Origin: a virus
Lineage: Duplodnaviria; Caudoviricetes
Length of the DNA stretch: 39,074 bases
IMG/VR virus record: IMGVR_UViG_3300040985_000616
Coordinates: 1 to 39,074 of that record
Reading direction: 5' to 3' (one strand)
Made by a program: the position numbers and the translations under genes. Positions within the stretch are counted from its first letter, which is position 1, and the number at the start of each line of letters is the position of its first letter. Positions 26,301 through 36,700 of this stretch are shown here, in pieces. The notes under the pieces were generated by a model. It was not told the DNA's origin, did no database searches, and saw nothing but the letters and a program-made list of their open reading frames with translations.

Positions 26301-29300
26301 CCTGAAGGTCTACGTTCTTACCTTGTGCTTTATATACTTCACGAGTTTTGTTCAACCCTTCTACGAAGTTTACAGGCTCAGTAGGTTTCATCTCAGGACC
26401 TTTAGGTTTTTCAGCTTCAACCTTAGCTTTTGTCTTTACCTTTGGAATCTTATAAGGAGTAGCGTCCCACTGTACAGTACCTGCGGGAGACCCGCTTCCT
26501 GACGGCTTACCTGTAGGTCTTATACCTGCTAAATCCTCTAGGATTATGCCGTTGTGGTCTACTTTACCCTCCCATACTACCTCTAAAGACCCATCTTTCC
26601 CCCACTTTCTAACAGTAATGGTGCGAAGTTTAGGTGTCCCTAACTCCGTAACCCCTGCTTCGGGGTGTATCACCGCACCTGACGGACCTATCTCACTTGC
26701 CTCTATGCGTGTGTTAGGTGCTTCTACTTCAGCTTTAGGTGTGGTAGGTGCTTCTACTTCAGTAGTAACCTTTTCATGGTGGCTTCTGACAGCTTCCCGA
26801 TACTCTTTAAGTTGTGCAGTTCTCTTCTCTCTACTCTTACCTTTAGTCCTAAACTCAAATCCACTCTCTCGTAGGTGCGTTATAAGTTTACCCATACCGT
26901 CGTAGTCCTTATGAATCTCAGCTAGGTCAGCTTCTCTAATCATATCACGCATCTTAGAAGGCGTGGTGTTATTAGTATACTGAAGATTCCTTGCTCTCAT
27001 CTCCGCTTTCAACTCACCTTTATTTAGGTGGGATAGTGGGTTCAGTAATCTATCGTAAACCTTCTGCGCTAGTGGGTCCATGTTAGGCTTAGGTGTGTGT
27101 GTGCCACGCTCTCCCTTCGGAGTCAGCTTATCAAACGCCTCAACTACTCTTTCAGGTAGGTCAATGCCTTTTGATTTAGGTTCACTAAAAGTTTCAATCT
27201 TCAACCCCTTACTCTTGGCATTCTTAACTACATCATAAAATAGAGGGTCATTTACCATCTTCTCTGATACACGCCTGCCTGCCTCTATATCAGCCTTCAT
27301 GCGAGCTTTGAACTTCGACAGGATGAGGCGGTCTTGTACCTCGAAGGGGTGTAACTTCTTACGACGAGCTTCCGCATTCTTCCGAGCCTTACGTGCGACT
27401 GACTTACGCACCTTTGCTACCTCTAGCTCGTTGAGTTTTATACGTGCCTCATTCTGTGCGCGTCTATCTTTAACTTCTGCACGGTTAAGGTAGGATTGTG
27501 TAGCCTTCTCAAGGTTGGCTTTCTCTTCTATAAGGTGTAGGTGTCTCCTTCCTTTAACTGCCGCTGAGTTATTAACTATCTTATTAACGACTGCTGCCTG
27601 CTCTTTAGTTAGAATTTTACTTAGCTTCTTTTCAATTTCATGGAGTCTATTTAACTCCTTCTTAACTGCGGGCTTTCCTTTACTACGCCCTTTAAGTACA
27701 GAGATACGAGCCTCTTTTAACTGAGTAAGATTTAGAAGTAATGAATCAAGGTCTGTTATATACTCTCTCTTACCTATTTCAAGTAAACGTGTGCGTATTT
27801 CAGGGGCATAACCACCCTTGACTCTCTTACCAAACTCATTCATTTGGTGGTTGAAGGAATCTTTGAATTTATGACTGTACTTCTTAGGGTTAGATTTTAT
27901 ATTTTTAATAAGACTATCCAACTCTATATCAAACTTCTCAATACTACGTTCCGCCGCCTGAGCTTTACGCTTGGCTTCACTAACACGGACGCGGGCATCT
28001 CTTTCATGCTTGATAGCATCCTCTAAAGCCTTAGACTTCCCCTTACCTTTCACTTCCACTAACTCTTTAGCTCGCTGACGCTCTATCCCTTCCCAATGTT
28101 TTACTTCCTTATTAGCTTCGTCTAGCTTCCGAGATGCTTCACGGGCTTCAGCCCATCGCTGTTTGGGAGTAAGTGTACCGTGTCCACCTATGTCACGTAT
28201 TATGAACTCTGCCACACCTTCAGGTGTCTTACGGTAGTGGTTACTGATTGACCGTGAGACTGACTCTGCCTCTAACGTAGCTATATATTCTTTACCTCTA
28301 GCCTCTATAATTGCATCCGTAACAGGTTTCTCTTTTAGTAAACGCTCAGCCTGATAATATTCAAATAGTACATGGTCACGCGCATTATCCTTTCCCTGAC
28401 TAGCTTTAGGGTCTTTCAACGCTTCTAATACTACCGTCTTGTGGTCTCCCTTCAGATTAGAAGCATCATAGTCTTTCCTCCTCATTCTCCACCCCTCCTT
28501 TGGGATGTGAACGCGGTCAAGTAACGCCCTCTTTCCTATACCTAAAGCACCAAAGAAACTACCAAACGCCGCACCGCCTATCATCGCAGGAACTATATCT
28601 TCATCACCAATAATAGGACTCTCATATGCCTGCGCTGCTGTTACAACGCCCATGCCTGTACCTAAATTTAAGCCATGCTTCGCCATGTGGATTCCGCCTG
28701 CATACAGAGAGCCTGCATTAACGTATCCTGTTTTAGCGGCGTTAGCTGCCATCAGCTTCCTACCATAGTTAGCCGCGCCTAAGTAATTAACCGATTTAGC
28801 CGCCGCTCCTATAGTCAGCTTTGCTGTTGTACCTACCAAGCCAAGACCTACAAGGAAAGCGGGGTCAAGCATATCAATAGCCATCTGCCCTACCGTTCCC
28901 CACCCACCACTACGCCCTAAAGTTTCGTGGACTCCCATCCTGTGATTTATGTCTGCGCGTATTGAACGGGCTTCAGTCTCAGATACTACATCCTCAAACT
29001 CATCAAGTAAGTTAGCAGGTAAATCGTGAGTTAATTCATAGAACAGCTCAGGTGTCCACTTAAAGCTCTCATCTACGAGAGGCTCATCTTTATCAAACCA
29101 ACGCTTTACAGAACCGCCAAAGGTATTACCTTTTACATCTCTGACCCAATCTTGAAAACCATAAGTCTGCTCGTGTACCGCCGTATCTCTTCGCTCAGCA
29201 GCCGCTTGCTCCTCAGTAATGCGAGATGGTCTCCAATTCAGTTGAGTAAGCTCATCGACTATATCGTTCTGTGAGTCCCACTGCGTAGCTGAGAAGATAG

Positions 29301-29466
29301 GTACAGCAGGCTTAGGAGGTGCGACAGGTAGCGGAGCTATCGGAGGCATTTTGTCAGCTTCCCATTGCGCCATAGAGCCGAGACCCTTGACCTTCTTCTT
29401 AGGGTCTTGGGTAGGGTCTTGCGGCTCTGACGCGAGTGTTTCTTCTATTGGGTTTTCTTCAGCCAT
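23311..29466 (-). CDS. Internal virion/ejection protein D (T7 gp16-like), 2051 aa
   Basis: Position after gp15; C-terminal NYFPR and P.W...PLMRTLFQFRFF motifs typical of gp16-like proteins. Confidence 0.8.
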   Translation of the reverse strand: MAEENPIEETLASEPQDPTQDPKKKVKGLGSMAQWEADKMPPIAPLPVAPPKPAVPIFSATQWDSQNDIVDELTQLNWRPSRITEEQAAAERRDTAVHEQTYGFQDWVRDVKGNTFGGSVKRWFDKDEPLVDESFKWTPELFYELTHDLPANLLDEFEDVVSETEARSIRADINHRMGVHETLGRSGGWGTVGQMAIDMLDPAFLVGLGLVGTTAKLTIGAAAKSVNYLGAANYGRKLMAANAAKTGYVNAGSLYAGGIHMAKHGLNLGTGMGVVTAAQAYESPIIGDEDIVPAMIGGAAFGSFFGALGIGKRALLDRVHIPKEGWRMRRKDYDASNLKGDHKTVVLEALKDPKASQGKDNARDHVLFEYYQAERLLKEKPVTDAIIEARGKEYIATLEAESVSRSISNHYRKTPEGVAEFIIRDIGGHGTLTPKQRWAEAREASRKLDEANKEVKHWEGIERQRAKELVEVKGKGKSKALEDAIKHERDARVRVSEAKRKAQAAERSIEKFDIELDSLIKNIKSNPKKYSHKFKDSFNHQMNEFGKRVKGGYAPEIRTRLLEIGKREYITDLDSLLLNLTQLKEARISVLKGRSKGKPAVKKELNRLHEIEKKLSKILTKEQAAVVNKIVNNSAAVKGRRHLHLIEEKANLEKATQSYLNRAEVKDRRAQNEARIKLNELEVAKVRKSVARKARKNAEARRKKLHPFEVQDRLILSKFKARMKADIEAGRRVSEKMVNDPLFYDVVKNAKSKGLKIETFSEPKSKGIDLPERVVEAFDKLTPKGERGTHTPKPNMDPLAQKVYDRLLNPLSHLNKGELKAEMRARNLQYTNNTTPSKMRDMIREADLAEIHKDYDGMGKLITHLRESGFEFRTKGKSREKRTAQLKEYREAVRSHHEKVTTEVEAPTTPKAEVEAPNTRIEASEIGPSGAVIHPEAGVTELGTPKLRTITVRKWGKDGSLEVVWEGKVDHNGIILEDLAGIRPTGKPSGSGSPAGTVQWDATPYKIPKVKTKAKVEAEKPKGPEMKPTEPVNFVEGLNKTREVYKAQGKNVDLQVSAVTEAEARAIVDEGGTLLITKDGMMGGYIKADGYMGGLFSHPDAGGGATKAFVAQIQKYGGTHAESYATYLEPLYAKLGWKPVARIKFNVEYAPKGWNAKDSILRGKPDVVFYSYEPNMAHTAGKGRLVKGENAYDGALAIAKELGAKAKASRGKAPKVETKEVKGPEPEPVSDAVAMGGFDKAATIVWQPVRKWFNKVSMSFTAEVGTLETHGALRWIGGNVLQDSMPKRNPVTGAMEPVNMTAISKAHMETNALFSRNGELYGHAEKAWKKANSSTFDTMINRAEELFGEEVSKVLRGIYKGKDPNVLAAAKAARSSLKAMEKRLVDSGLIEAPYKEANYFPRKINTTKVIKAIKEYKTEGEYGSNKLADELVSPAILKAHNAKAVELKQDLMTVEESQFLGRAWMSNIHKRGTSVDYRSNGFLGEHSGQTLRDYLELIKTPEHHIKNILDKTRLNREAKTEGFNHHRLLMDEGFSVDMVNAKGVTNRVALTDFFDNNTHRVIQTYVRNANGAIEWRDIGLRFNEMRGLSNKANPNPASTKDMWEFIQRDMGLQGRSINEITKAESALQRMEAAVRGRAFGKQGELTTLSRVLQKISGAVYGGSFGIAGVAELGQPLAHSSIKAWAAHLGDLGPIIRAYSRGEVPKGLQREIATLTGVGTDGKAFRQVATMFEHYPMGKSEHMSAFENFAGNAQQKVLTYGGLIPLDAIQRQYTASLFVQHLLNSSLSGKAPYNPRRLAAIGLTTAESEVIMSMLKKHASYSGGLHKLRLMNIDKWEGAEGQAAGHSLRNAIYLHTQKVIHQSHEGNIPHWAQNPLMRTLFQFRFFGMGSLETQLMANLHARDRRGVGSFMMNTFFGMISFMGIMGNKYGHDPEKLAEYMTMEELAKGAIARSGWYANTGGVVDDIMTVAGLEPLNPYRRGRGMSTGLNFDNTPVGSLLLSPPKLLQNLIAGDAFTEENGRVARRIAFAQNVPLVSSVYGKMIDMMPEKEEE

Positions 29467-32444
29467 TAGTATTTAGTCCAATCTTTTGTTGCGTGCTTTA
29501 CAGTCTCTCTCGCTCTACTCTCTGCCTCCATCCGTGCTATATCCAAAGCCATCCCCCACTCAGACTTCATTATCTCTTCAGGAGAGAACTTATTACTATA
29601 GATAATCTCCCCGTCTTTACCATACTTAGAGAGACCCGCAGCTCTTAGCACATCAACTCTTACGGGCTTTGGTGTCCATTCTCCGTTACTGTCCTGAGTA
29701 ATGTTACCTACAAAGTAGCTTGGCTCTCCGTGAAGAGAGTCTACGTTAAGATAAAGACCTACGGTTTGGTCTCCATCAATGGAACCTGTCCTATCATAAT
29801 CAAACTCTAACTCCTGCTCACTCGTAGGAGCGTAGTCATATTTAGTGTCATAGCGTTTTCTAGCCATCCTGTCTACCTCTTCCTCCCACTTCATCTGTAT
29901 ATATGCTTGGTCTTGGAATCCGATAGGACGATTATTGTCAGGGTACTTTTCTTTCAGCATCTCGTAATCAGCGTGAAGTACACTAAGGTCTTCTCTACGC
30001 CCGCGCATATCCTTAAATCTCTTTTCCCAATCACCAAAGAATTTAGCTTGTGTATCTCGTACCGTTGGGTTCTCCTCAAAATCTTCAGAGGGGGCATGAA
30101 ATATAGGGTTTGAACTTAGGGACATAAAGCCCATAGGGTCATACGCCTCACCGACTATCGCTTCCCGCATAGTTGATAGTTCATCTTCTGACTCCTCAAC
30201 CGCTAGTCGAACACGGTCATAAACATCATTATCATATTTAGGCAACTTTCCTATAAAGGTCTCTTCCTTCTTAGAGTTCATAACCCACCTCTCACCTTCG
30301 TTATCATCATATACCTCTAAGCCTGCGTCCTTTAACTCTTGCATTGCTACACGTATAGCTTGCTTCTGTGTTAGATTTGGTGCGCCTTGTGAATCATCCA
30401 TGTGATAACCCATCCTTGTGGTTAGCATCTCCCTCATCGTAGCGGAGAGTGCTACATCTTTATTGAAAGACAATGAATACCAAGGCTCATCCAACATCTC
30501 TTCGTACAGAGCATCTACATCATCAGCCTCAGCTCTAGGTCCTGCCTGTGGTCGAGGCATTAAATTCTTAGCCTCATCTATTATCTCACCTGTAGGCTTA
30601 TCGGGGTTCTTAAGTTCCTGCCCTTCTATCCATTGGTACGCCATTGTCGCTCGGTCATTTATAGGGAAATGGTGTAGAACATTAGCAGTTTTAGCTGCTT
30701 TCCACATAGTGTAACCTGACTGAACTCCTGCCATGTTACCATTCTCCAACCTTAGCTGCCCTGAATTATAGTTTAATTCAGCCGCTATGTCATCCATCGG
30801 AATCCCCTGAACGTCATCCATTCCTGTTCCGAGAATCGCTACAAGACGATTTGCCATCTCTTCAGTTATTAGTAAGTCACCAATACCCGCTATGTTTTCG
30901 GTAGTCTCGTCCCCCGTATCTAAACCTGTATATCCTGCGCGTGTTTTACGTGTGGGAAATCCTGCCCGTTTCATCAACTCTTGCTCAGTAGATATCTTAA
31001 CAGCCTTCTCAGAGAGATTATTTGCGGCTGCTCTTTGTTTGGATGTCATGCTCTGTTCATCTGTGGCTGCAACTTCCACCGCATCCGCTTCTGAACTTGC
31101 GACCTGCGCCGCCGCTACTCTCACAGCAGCCGCGCCTGCCGCCGATGCCTTCCCTGCTTTTATAAGGCGGTCTCTTTCTTTATATGAAGCCGCTTTATTT
31201 AGTAGTAACTTCTGACTCATCTCTATCAGCGTAGCTTCATCTGTTATAGTTTCTTGATAGTGGTCCCACGTCTCGTCCCACTTTTCCTCGCCCCACGCAG
31301 GCTGTAACAGTTCAGTAGCGTTAAACCAATCCATCTTAGTCTCTTTTGAGACCCGTTTGTTAAATAGATTAGATGCTATCTTTCCTGAAGCTACACGAAA
31401 CAAACTCACGACATCCTCACGAGCCGCGAAGTTTCCTGTGCCTGTTTTTAGACTGTTAAAAATATGTAAGGCTAGTGTGGGGTTCTCACCGTTCTTCATC
31501 TCCTCTATCAAGTCTTCGGACATAGAAGCAACAGCTTCCTTGAGAACCGAATCACCCATACCGTAGGCAGTTTGTAAATGTTGCTGTAGCTCTGCTGTAA
31601 GCGGAGCAGCTCTCTTCTGTACTAACTCCTCTCTATGCTCCTCCATATTTAGATAGCCCTGCGCATTAGCAGGTGGAGCCTTCCCGTCAGGGTTAAGCTC
31701 TTCAAGGACATATGTATCATCAAGCCTGTCTACCTCAGCATTTATTCCATCGAATGAAGAAATAGTACTCAATACCATATCCTGCCCTGTAGCGAGGAAG
31801 TCAGCCTTGTTCTCACCCATCGCCACTACTCTATGTTTGCCTCTTAATTCAAAACTATGCTCTTCTGCGCCTCGCAGGAAGGTCTCTCTAGCGATACCAT
31901 CAATACCCTGCTCTTCTAGGAAAGCTACTAATGCCTCATCATGGTGTTGGGTGCGAGCCGTAAAGTCTCTAAGTAGACGTGTATCAGCTTGGGAGGCTAC
32001 GTCCCACTGAGCTTGCTCATCTTTACGGAACATACGACGGAGCGCATTGCCTTGCCCTTCACTATGCCCAATCATGTAGGACTCAGGAGAGTCAGCAGCT
32101 ACTTCAGTAAACGGGTGGTCCTCACCGAACGCTAAGCCTGCGGTTTGTTGTGCCTTCTCCGCAGCTAGTTGCTCTTTAGTAAGCCTGCGGTTCTCAGATG
32201 CCGTAGCTCTGTCGGAGACTCCCTGACGGTACGCCTCGTTCTCAGCTTCGGCGGCTTGTTTCTTCTCTAAGTTATCCTGTTCAACAATAAGACCCCTAGC
32301 AGTCTTACTGAGTTGAGCAATAGCGTTCAATCCCTCTACACTAGGCTTAGGAATTGAAGGTGCGTGGTAGACATCTGTGATACCTTGAGTTACCTTAGTT
32401 GGACGGTTACCGAAGTCCCCTTGAGTTTGTTGGCGTGTTGGCAT
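29466..32444 (-). CDS. Internal virion protein C (gp15-like)
   Basis: Synteny; 992-aa helical protein; TAATG-coupled. Confidence 0.7.
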   Translation of the reverse strand: MPTRQQTQGDFGNRPTKVTQGITDVYHAPSIPKPSVEGLNAIAQLSKTARGLIVEQDNLEKKQAAEAENEAYRQGVSDRATASENRRLTKEQLAAEKAQQTAGLAFGEDHPFTEVAADSPESYMIGHSEGQGNALRRMFRKDEQAQWDVASQADTRLLRDFTARTQHHDEALVAFLEEQGIDGIARETFLRGAEEHSFELRGKHRVVAMGENKADFLATGQDMVLSTISSFDGINAEVDRLDDTYVLEELNPDGKAPPANAQGYLNMEEHREELVQKRAAPLTAELQQHLQTAYGMGDSVLKEAVASMSEDLIEEMKNGENPTLALHIFNSLKTGTGNFAAREDVVSLFRVASGKIASNLFNKRVSKETKMDWFNATELLQPAWGEEKWDETWDHYQETITDEATLIEMSQKLLLNKAASYKERDRLIKAGKASAAGAAAVRVAAAQVASSEADAVEVAATDEQSMTSKQRAAANNLSEKAVKISTEQELMKRAGFPTRKTRAGYTGLDTGDETTENIAGIGDLLITEEMANRLVAILGTGMDDVQGIPMDDIAAELNYNSGQLRLENGNMAGVQSGYTMWKAAKTANVLHHFPINDRATMAYQWIEGQELKNPDKPTGEIIDEAKNLMPRPQAGPRAEADDVDALYEEMLDEPWYSLSFNKDVALSATMREMLTTRMGYHMDDSQGAPNLTQKQAIRVAMQELKDAGLEVYDDNEGERWVMNSKKEETFIGKLPKYDNDVYDRVRLAVEESEDELSTMREAIVGEAYDPMGFMSLSSNPIFHAPSEDFEENPTVRDTQAKFFGDWEKRFKDMRGRREDLSVLHADYEMLKEKYPDNNRPIGFQDQAYIQMKWEEEVDRMARKRYDTKYDYAPTSEQELEFDYDRTGSIDGDQTVGLYLNVDSLHGEPSYFVGNITQDSNGEWTPKPVRVDVLRAAGLSKYGKDGEIIYSNKFSPEEIMKSEWGMALDIARMEAESRARETVKHATKDWTKY

Positions 32445-33244
32445 TAGTAGTAACTACCTATGGATAGTGCAGAAGGCTGCGTGTATTGAGTAGTTGAGAA
32501 TATATTTTCCCACCAATTTGGAGCGAGTGCTGTCGGTGTTAAGGATGGATACATAGATGATATACCTAAGTTAGGAGCAATGCCTGTTAGTGGGCTTACT
32601 GTGGGGGCAATCGCTGACATCCCTAATGTAGAGGTTGAGGTCAGTGCTGAGTTTCCTATAGCACCTGCGGGGATGTTTGTAGGCATTGCACCCATAGGAG
32701 GATTTCCCGTAGGAGTTATCCCACCTTGCATAGACTGACCCTGCATATATCCCTGAGCTGCGCCCATAAGTATACCCGCGAACTGCGCTCTCTTATCAGG
32801 TGCAGGACCTGCTTGTACTGAGTCGATGCGGGCTTGAGTCTGTAGCTCAATAGCCTTAGCAGTTTGCTGAGACATTGTAAGAATACCTTGACCTTCGACA
32901 TCTCTAACACCAATAGCTTGCATAGCGTCCTTACCGAACTGCTGTTGTAGAGCTACCACAGAGGCAGAGTCAGCATTGACCCCACCCTTAGTAGCTCTTA
33001 CGGCGGCTGTAGCAGCCACTTGGTTACCCTTACGGCTAATCATCTGAATCTCTTCATTGACTGAGCGCATCTTCTGTTGCGTCTGCGTACCTAGCTGACG
33101 CTGTTGGATAGCATTAGATAGGAAGGCTGATGACTCACCTGCCTCCTCCATCTTCTTCTTCCATCCGTATGCTCGGTTCTGCGCGTCATTTGCTGCATTA
33201 GCCTGCGCCGCACCAAGCAGTGCCATTCCTACGGGGTTACACAT
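32444..33244 (-). CDS. Internal virion protein B (gp14-like)
   Basis: MCNP start; Ala/Gln-rich; synteny. Confidence 0.75.
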   Translation of the reverse strand: MCNPVGMALLGAAQANAANDAQNRAYGWKKKMEEAGESSAFLSNAIQQRQLGTQTQQKMRSVNEEIQMISRKGNQVAATAAVRATKGGVNADSASVVALQQQFGKDAMQAIGVRDVEGQGILTMSQQTAKAIELQTQARIDSVQAGPAPDKRAQFAGILMGAAQGYMQGQSMQGGITPTGNPPMGAMPTNIPAGAIGNSALTSTSTLGMSAIAPTVSPLTGIAPNLGISSMYPSLTPTALAPNWWENIFSTTQYTQPSALSIGSYY

Positions 33245-33716
33245 TTACTTTAATCCTCGCAAATTCATAAAAAGTTCTCTTCTCTGCTCCATAATTTTCT
33301 ACCTCTCTGATAATTGTAAACCCCATCCAACGTAGCCACTTGATGTGTACCTTGTTACGCTTGTCTACGAAGTTAGTAAGTACTTCGTAAGGCTCTTCCT
33401 GTTGTATTAACTGTTCCTTACACTTCCGTAGGAACTGACTTCTAATATCTTTAATCTTGTTTGTACCTAACATCCACACATACCCCACTCTTGGGATAGT
33501 TTCGTGTGAGTCCACAACACCGAAGATAGCAATGGGCTTTCCATCAAGCTCTACCGTTCTTGGGTCATCGGAATGTTCAATACTTATCTCTAGGATTTCC
33601 TCTGTGTTTAGTGCATCGCCTAACGATGCCTTTAGTTCTGCATAGTCTGCATCACGTAAGTAAGGAGCCATGTCCTTAGCGTCCTGTAGTATTGACTCTC
33701 TTACGATTGCTTTCAT
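33237..33716 (-). CDS. Internal virion protein A (gp13-like, GNAT-like fold)
   Basis: LRDADYAE, GYVWMLGT, LTNFVDKRNKVHIKWLRWMGF. Confidence 0.85.
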   Translation of the reverse strand: MKAIVRESILQDAKDMAPYLRDADYAELKASLGDALNTEEILEISIEHSDDPRTVELDGKPIAIFGVVDSHETIPRVGYVWMLGTNKIKDIRSQFLRKCKEQLIQQEEPYEVLTNFVDKRNKVHIKWLRWMGFTIIREVENYGAEKRTFYEFARIKVNV

Positions 33717-36700
33717 ATTCCCATCCTTCTGCTACGAGCATTATACTGTGCCTCGAACTCAGTCGATAACAGTTTTACAGGATAAGCTGAGTCAGAAGTA
33801 ATAGTCATTGAGTAGGTATCATTCTTAGCGTGGATAGGTATCCTCATGTCTCCTGAGTCTAGTCCAACTGAACCTTCAGAAGTCACATCTACCTGAGTAG
33901 TGTCTGCGGTGAAGGTGTAAGAATAATCACTACGACCCTCTACTGACACGGCTACATTGAATGTATTTGTGTCGTGGTAGACAATGTCTGCTGAGTGTAT
34001 CTGATAGCGACCTGAAGTTACTAATGATGCTCCGCCTCCTGAGGAAGGACCTTTGAAGATAGGGGAAGCATACTTGTATGTCATGTCATACTTAGAGCCT
34101 ATCCAAACGTGTTCTGCTCTTTTATCACCGTCTACTGTTAGTGTTGTAGATTCTGCAAGGAAAGTTCCTGAAAGTATTGGAATTACTACTCCTCCATCAT
34201 TACCTGTTTTATGTTTAGTAATAATCTGAAAGTCAGATGCTGATTTACCTTCACTACCGTAAGGAAGAGTAAACACAGTATCGCCTCCTACTAAAGCTCC
34301 ACCATCTTGGATAAGACCATCGTTATTACCTAGACGAGAGAGTACGTTATCTAGTAGTGGGGGCTGACTGAATAGGTCTGTTATGCCCTCAGTAGTAAAC
34401 TCTATCTTATGGATAGCGGTGTGGGAGTTACCTGCTGTACCACTATCTACAAACCTAGATAGTACATATAATACATTCTCTACAGTATGTATGCCTATTA
34501 TCTGCTGTGTGTCAGCTGTGATTCCTTGTGAAGTCAGAGAGAACTTAAACCAAGCTGACTGAATCCGCTCGTTGCCTCTGTCGAGATACTTATATAGGTA
34601 TAGGTCTTGCATATCCCCACCCTCAGCCTTAGGTAATCCTATGACTAGATTCTCTTGAGGCATTGTTGCAACAGCTCTAAACGGGTTCTCGATGTATGAA
34701 GGTACTGAGTCTGTTAGGTCAAAGGCTTGCAGGTCTCTAGCTTCAGGGTCACGGATGACCATGTCCTGTAGACCGCCGTAAGTACCCCGTGGGTATGCAA
34801 AGAATACAGACGTGCCTCCAATCACAGGGGCGCAGTTAGGGTCACACTCGTAGTTAGAGACTTGGCTCATAGCTACAGTTTTCGGAGAAAGTCCCTCTCG
34901 TCCTGACCCTAGCATAAACTGTGTGTTGTCACCAAATAGCAATAAATTACCGTTAAAGGATACGCCATGACGTAGCGTATTTACAGAGTTAGATGACCCC
35001 ACCACTTCGATAGGGGCTGTGTCTAGTAAGTCAATGACCGTGGTTCTAAAGAAGTTAAAGAACTGTCCTGACTCTGATAACGTTACGGACTCTCCTGATA
35101 GCACACCTAATCGGTTCTCGTAAAAGAAAATGTCACTAATTGTGTTACCTATAAAGTTAGGTAAAGGGTTTGTTATGTCATCTCCTGACTTACGGTCTTC
35201 CCACTTAAAGGGAGTATACTTACCTTCAGAACTTGGATAATATAATTTCACAGGTTGTCCTACACCTGCGGGAGTATCTGTTTTTGTTTCTGTAAGTACT
35301 AGAGTGGCTGTTCCTGTAGAACTCGCAACTACATCAGTTGATGTTACATAACGCTTCCACTCGTTAAGCGTTGTAAAAATACCTACTACAGTTCCTGTCG
35401 GTATTAAAGTGTCAGGCTCCGCGTCTAATATAGCTAAAGAAGTGCCTGAGTATGTACTAATAGTAACATGGTCATCCACGTTATCGTTAGAAAAATAATC
35501 GTAGTCACCTGTGTATCCGCTAGTTACGTTTGGAGGTACATTGATACCGTCCGCAGGTTTGAATAGGAATGAACCGTCTGCTTGCCTGATAAGAATATGA
35601 GGCATTGTGGAGTAATCGTACTTATGCTCTTGCTCATATCCTACTGTTTCATTCCACGAACCCTCGCCATACGCTGTATTTAGTAAAGTTTTGAACTCAA
35701 CGTAATAATCATCAAGGTCTGATTCAGCACTTCCTATAATACGCAACTTCATTCCATTTGCGCATGAGGCAGGTAAATCTGAAAAATATTGAGTTTCTTC
35801 CTTAAAGGCTTTTAAGTATGTATCTCCTACTGTATCCCGTGCTTCTAAAATGAAATTACCATCCCCTGAGTCTGTCACTAGGATAGTTGAGTGTTCTACA
35901 TTAAAACTATAGTCTGTTAGGTTTGTGTTAGCGTGGGTCTCGCAAGTTAGTGTTTCAGTTCCTGAGCCGTCCCTGTAGTTGTTTCGATTGTGATACATCA
36001 AAGTACCTGATAATGTTTTTAGATAAATTCTATTATTCCCACTAGGTGCATCTACCTGACTAATATAGAACTTATCACCTTGCACAAAGTTTGTCTGTCC
36101 TGTGTATCCGTTAGGGTTGGTACAGTATGCGAAAGTGTCCCAAGGAATGTGTGAAGTCCATTCTACAACCTGCCCTACTTCTCCAAATCCCCCATTACTT
36201 CCTTCAGGAACTGTTATAGTAAAACGTGCGTTACTCGCTCCTAAATCTCCCGACGAGCCTAGTGAGATAATAGCTGAATCCGATACAAAAGATGCCTGCA
36301 AAGCAGTCACAATAGCCGTAGCTATCGAGGTAGTTTTTGTTACGTTCGCTCCTGTCGTAGCAACGCTGTGTGAGAACTCTTCTCCATTTATAGAAACATA
36401 GTAGGTAGTATCATGCGCTCCCTGCCTTACATGGATGAACCCCGTAGGTTGTGTTTTTTCTGTTAGCTCGTTCGTCATGCGGGGAGTGACTTCTTTATTA
36501 GCAATATAAGTCACATCTCCCGCAGTCGCAAAGGAGAAAGCTGTAGTAGAGTCTGTGGCATTGAGGTAACCAATAGCATCCTCATCGTAGTACACGGTCT
36601 TGGCTACGTTGTTCTCTAGGTCCCATACAGATAACCCACCACCTGTACCATCTGCTAAAGTTTTACCTGATACTGTTAGTAAGTATCTTTCAGATGAATC

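Noticed and set aside
20942-27411. GACTTACGCAC half-sites inside coding regions (~20942 and ~27401)
   Set aside because: No partner arm at the 13-bp spacing; probably chance
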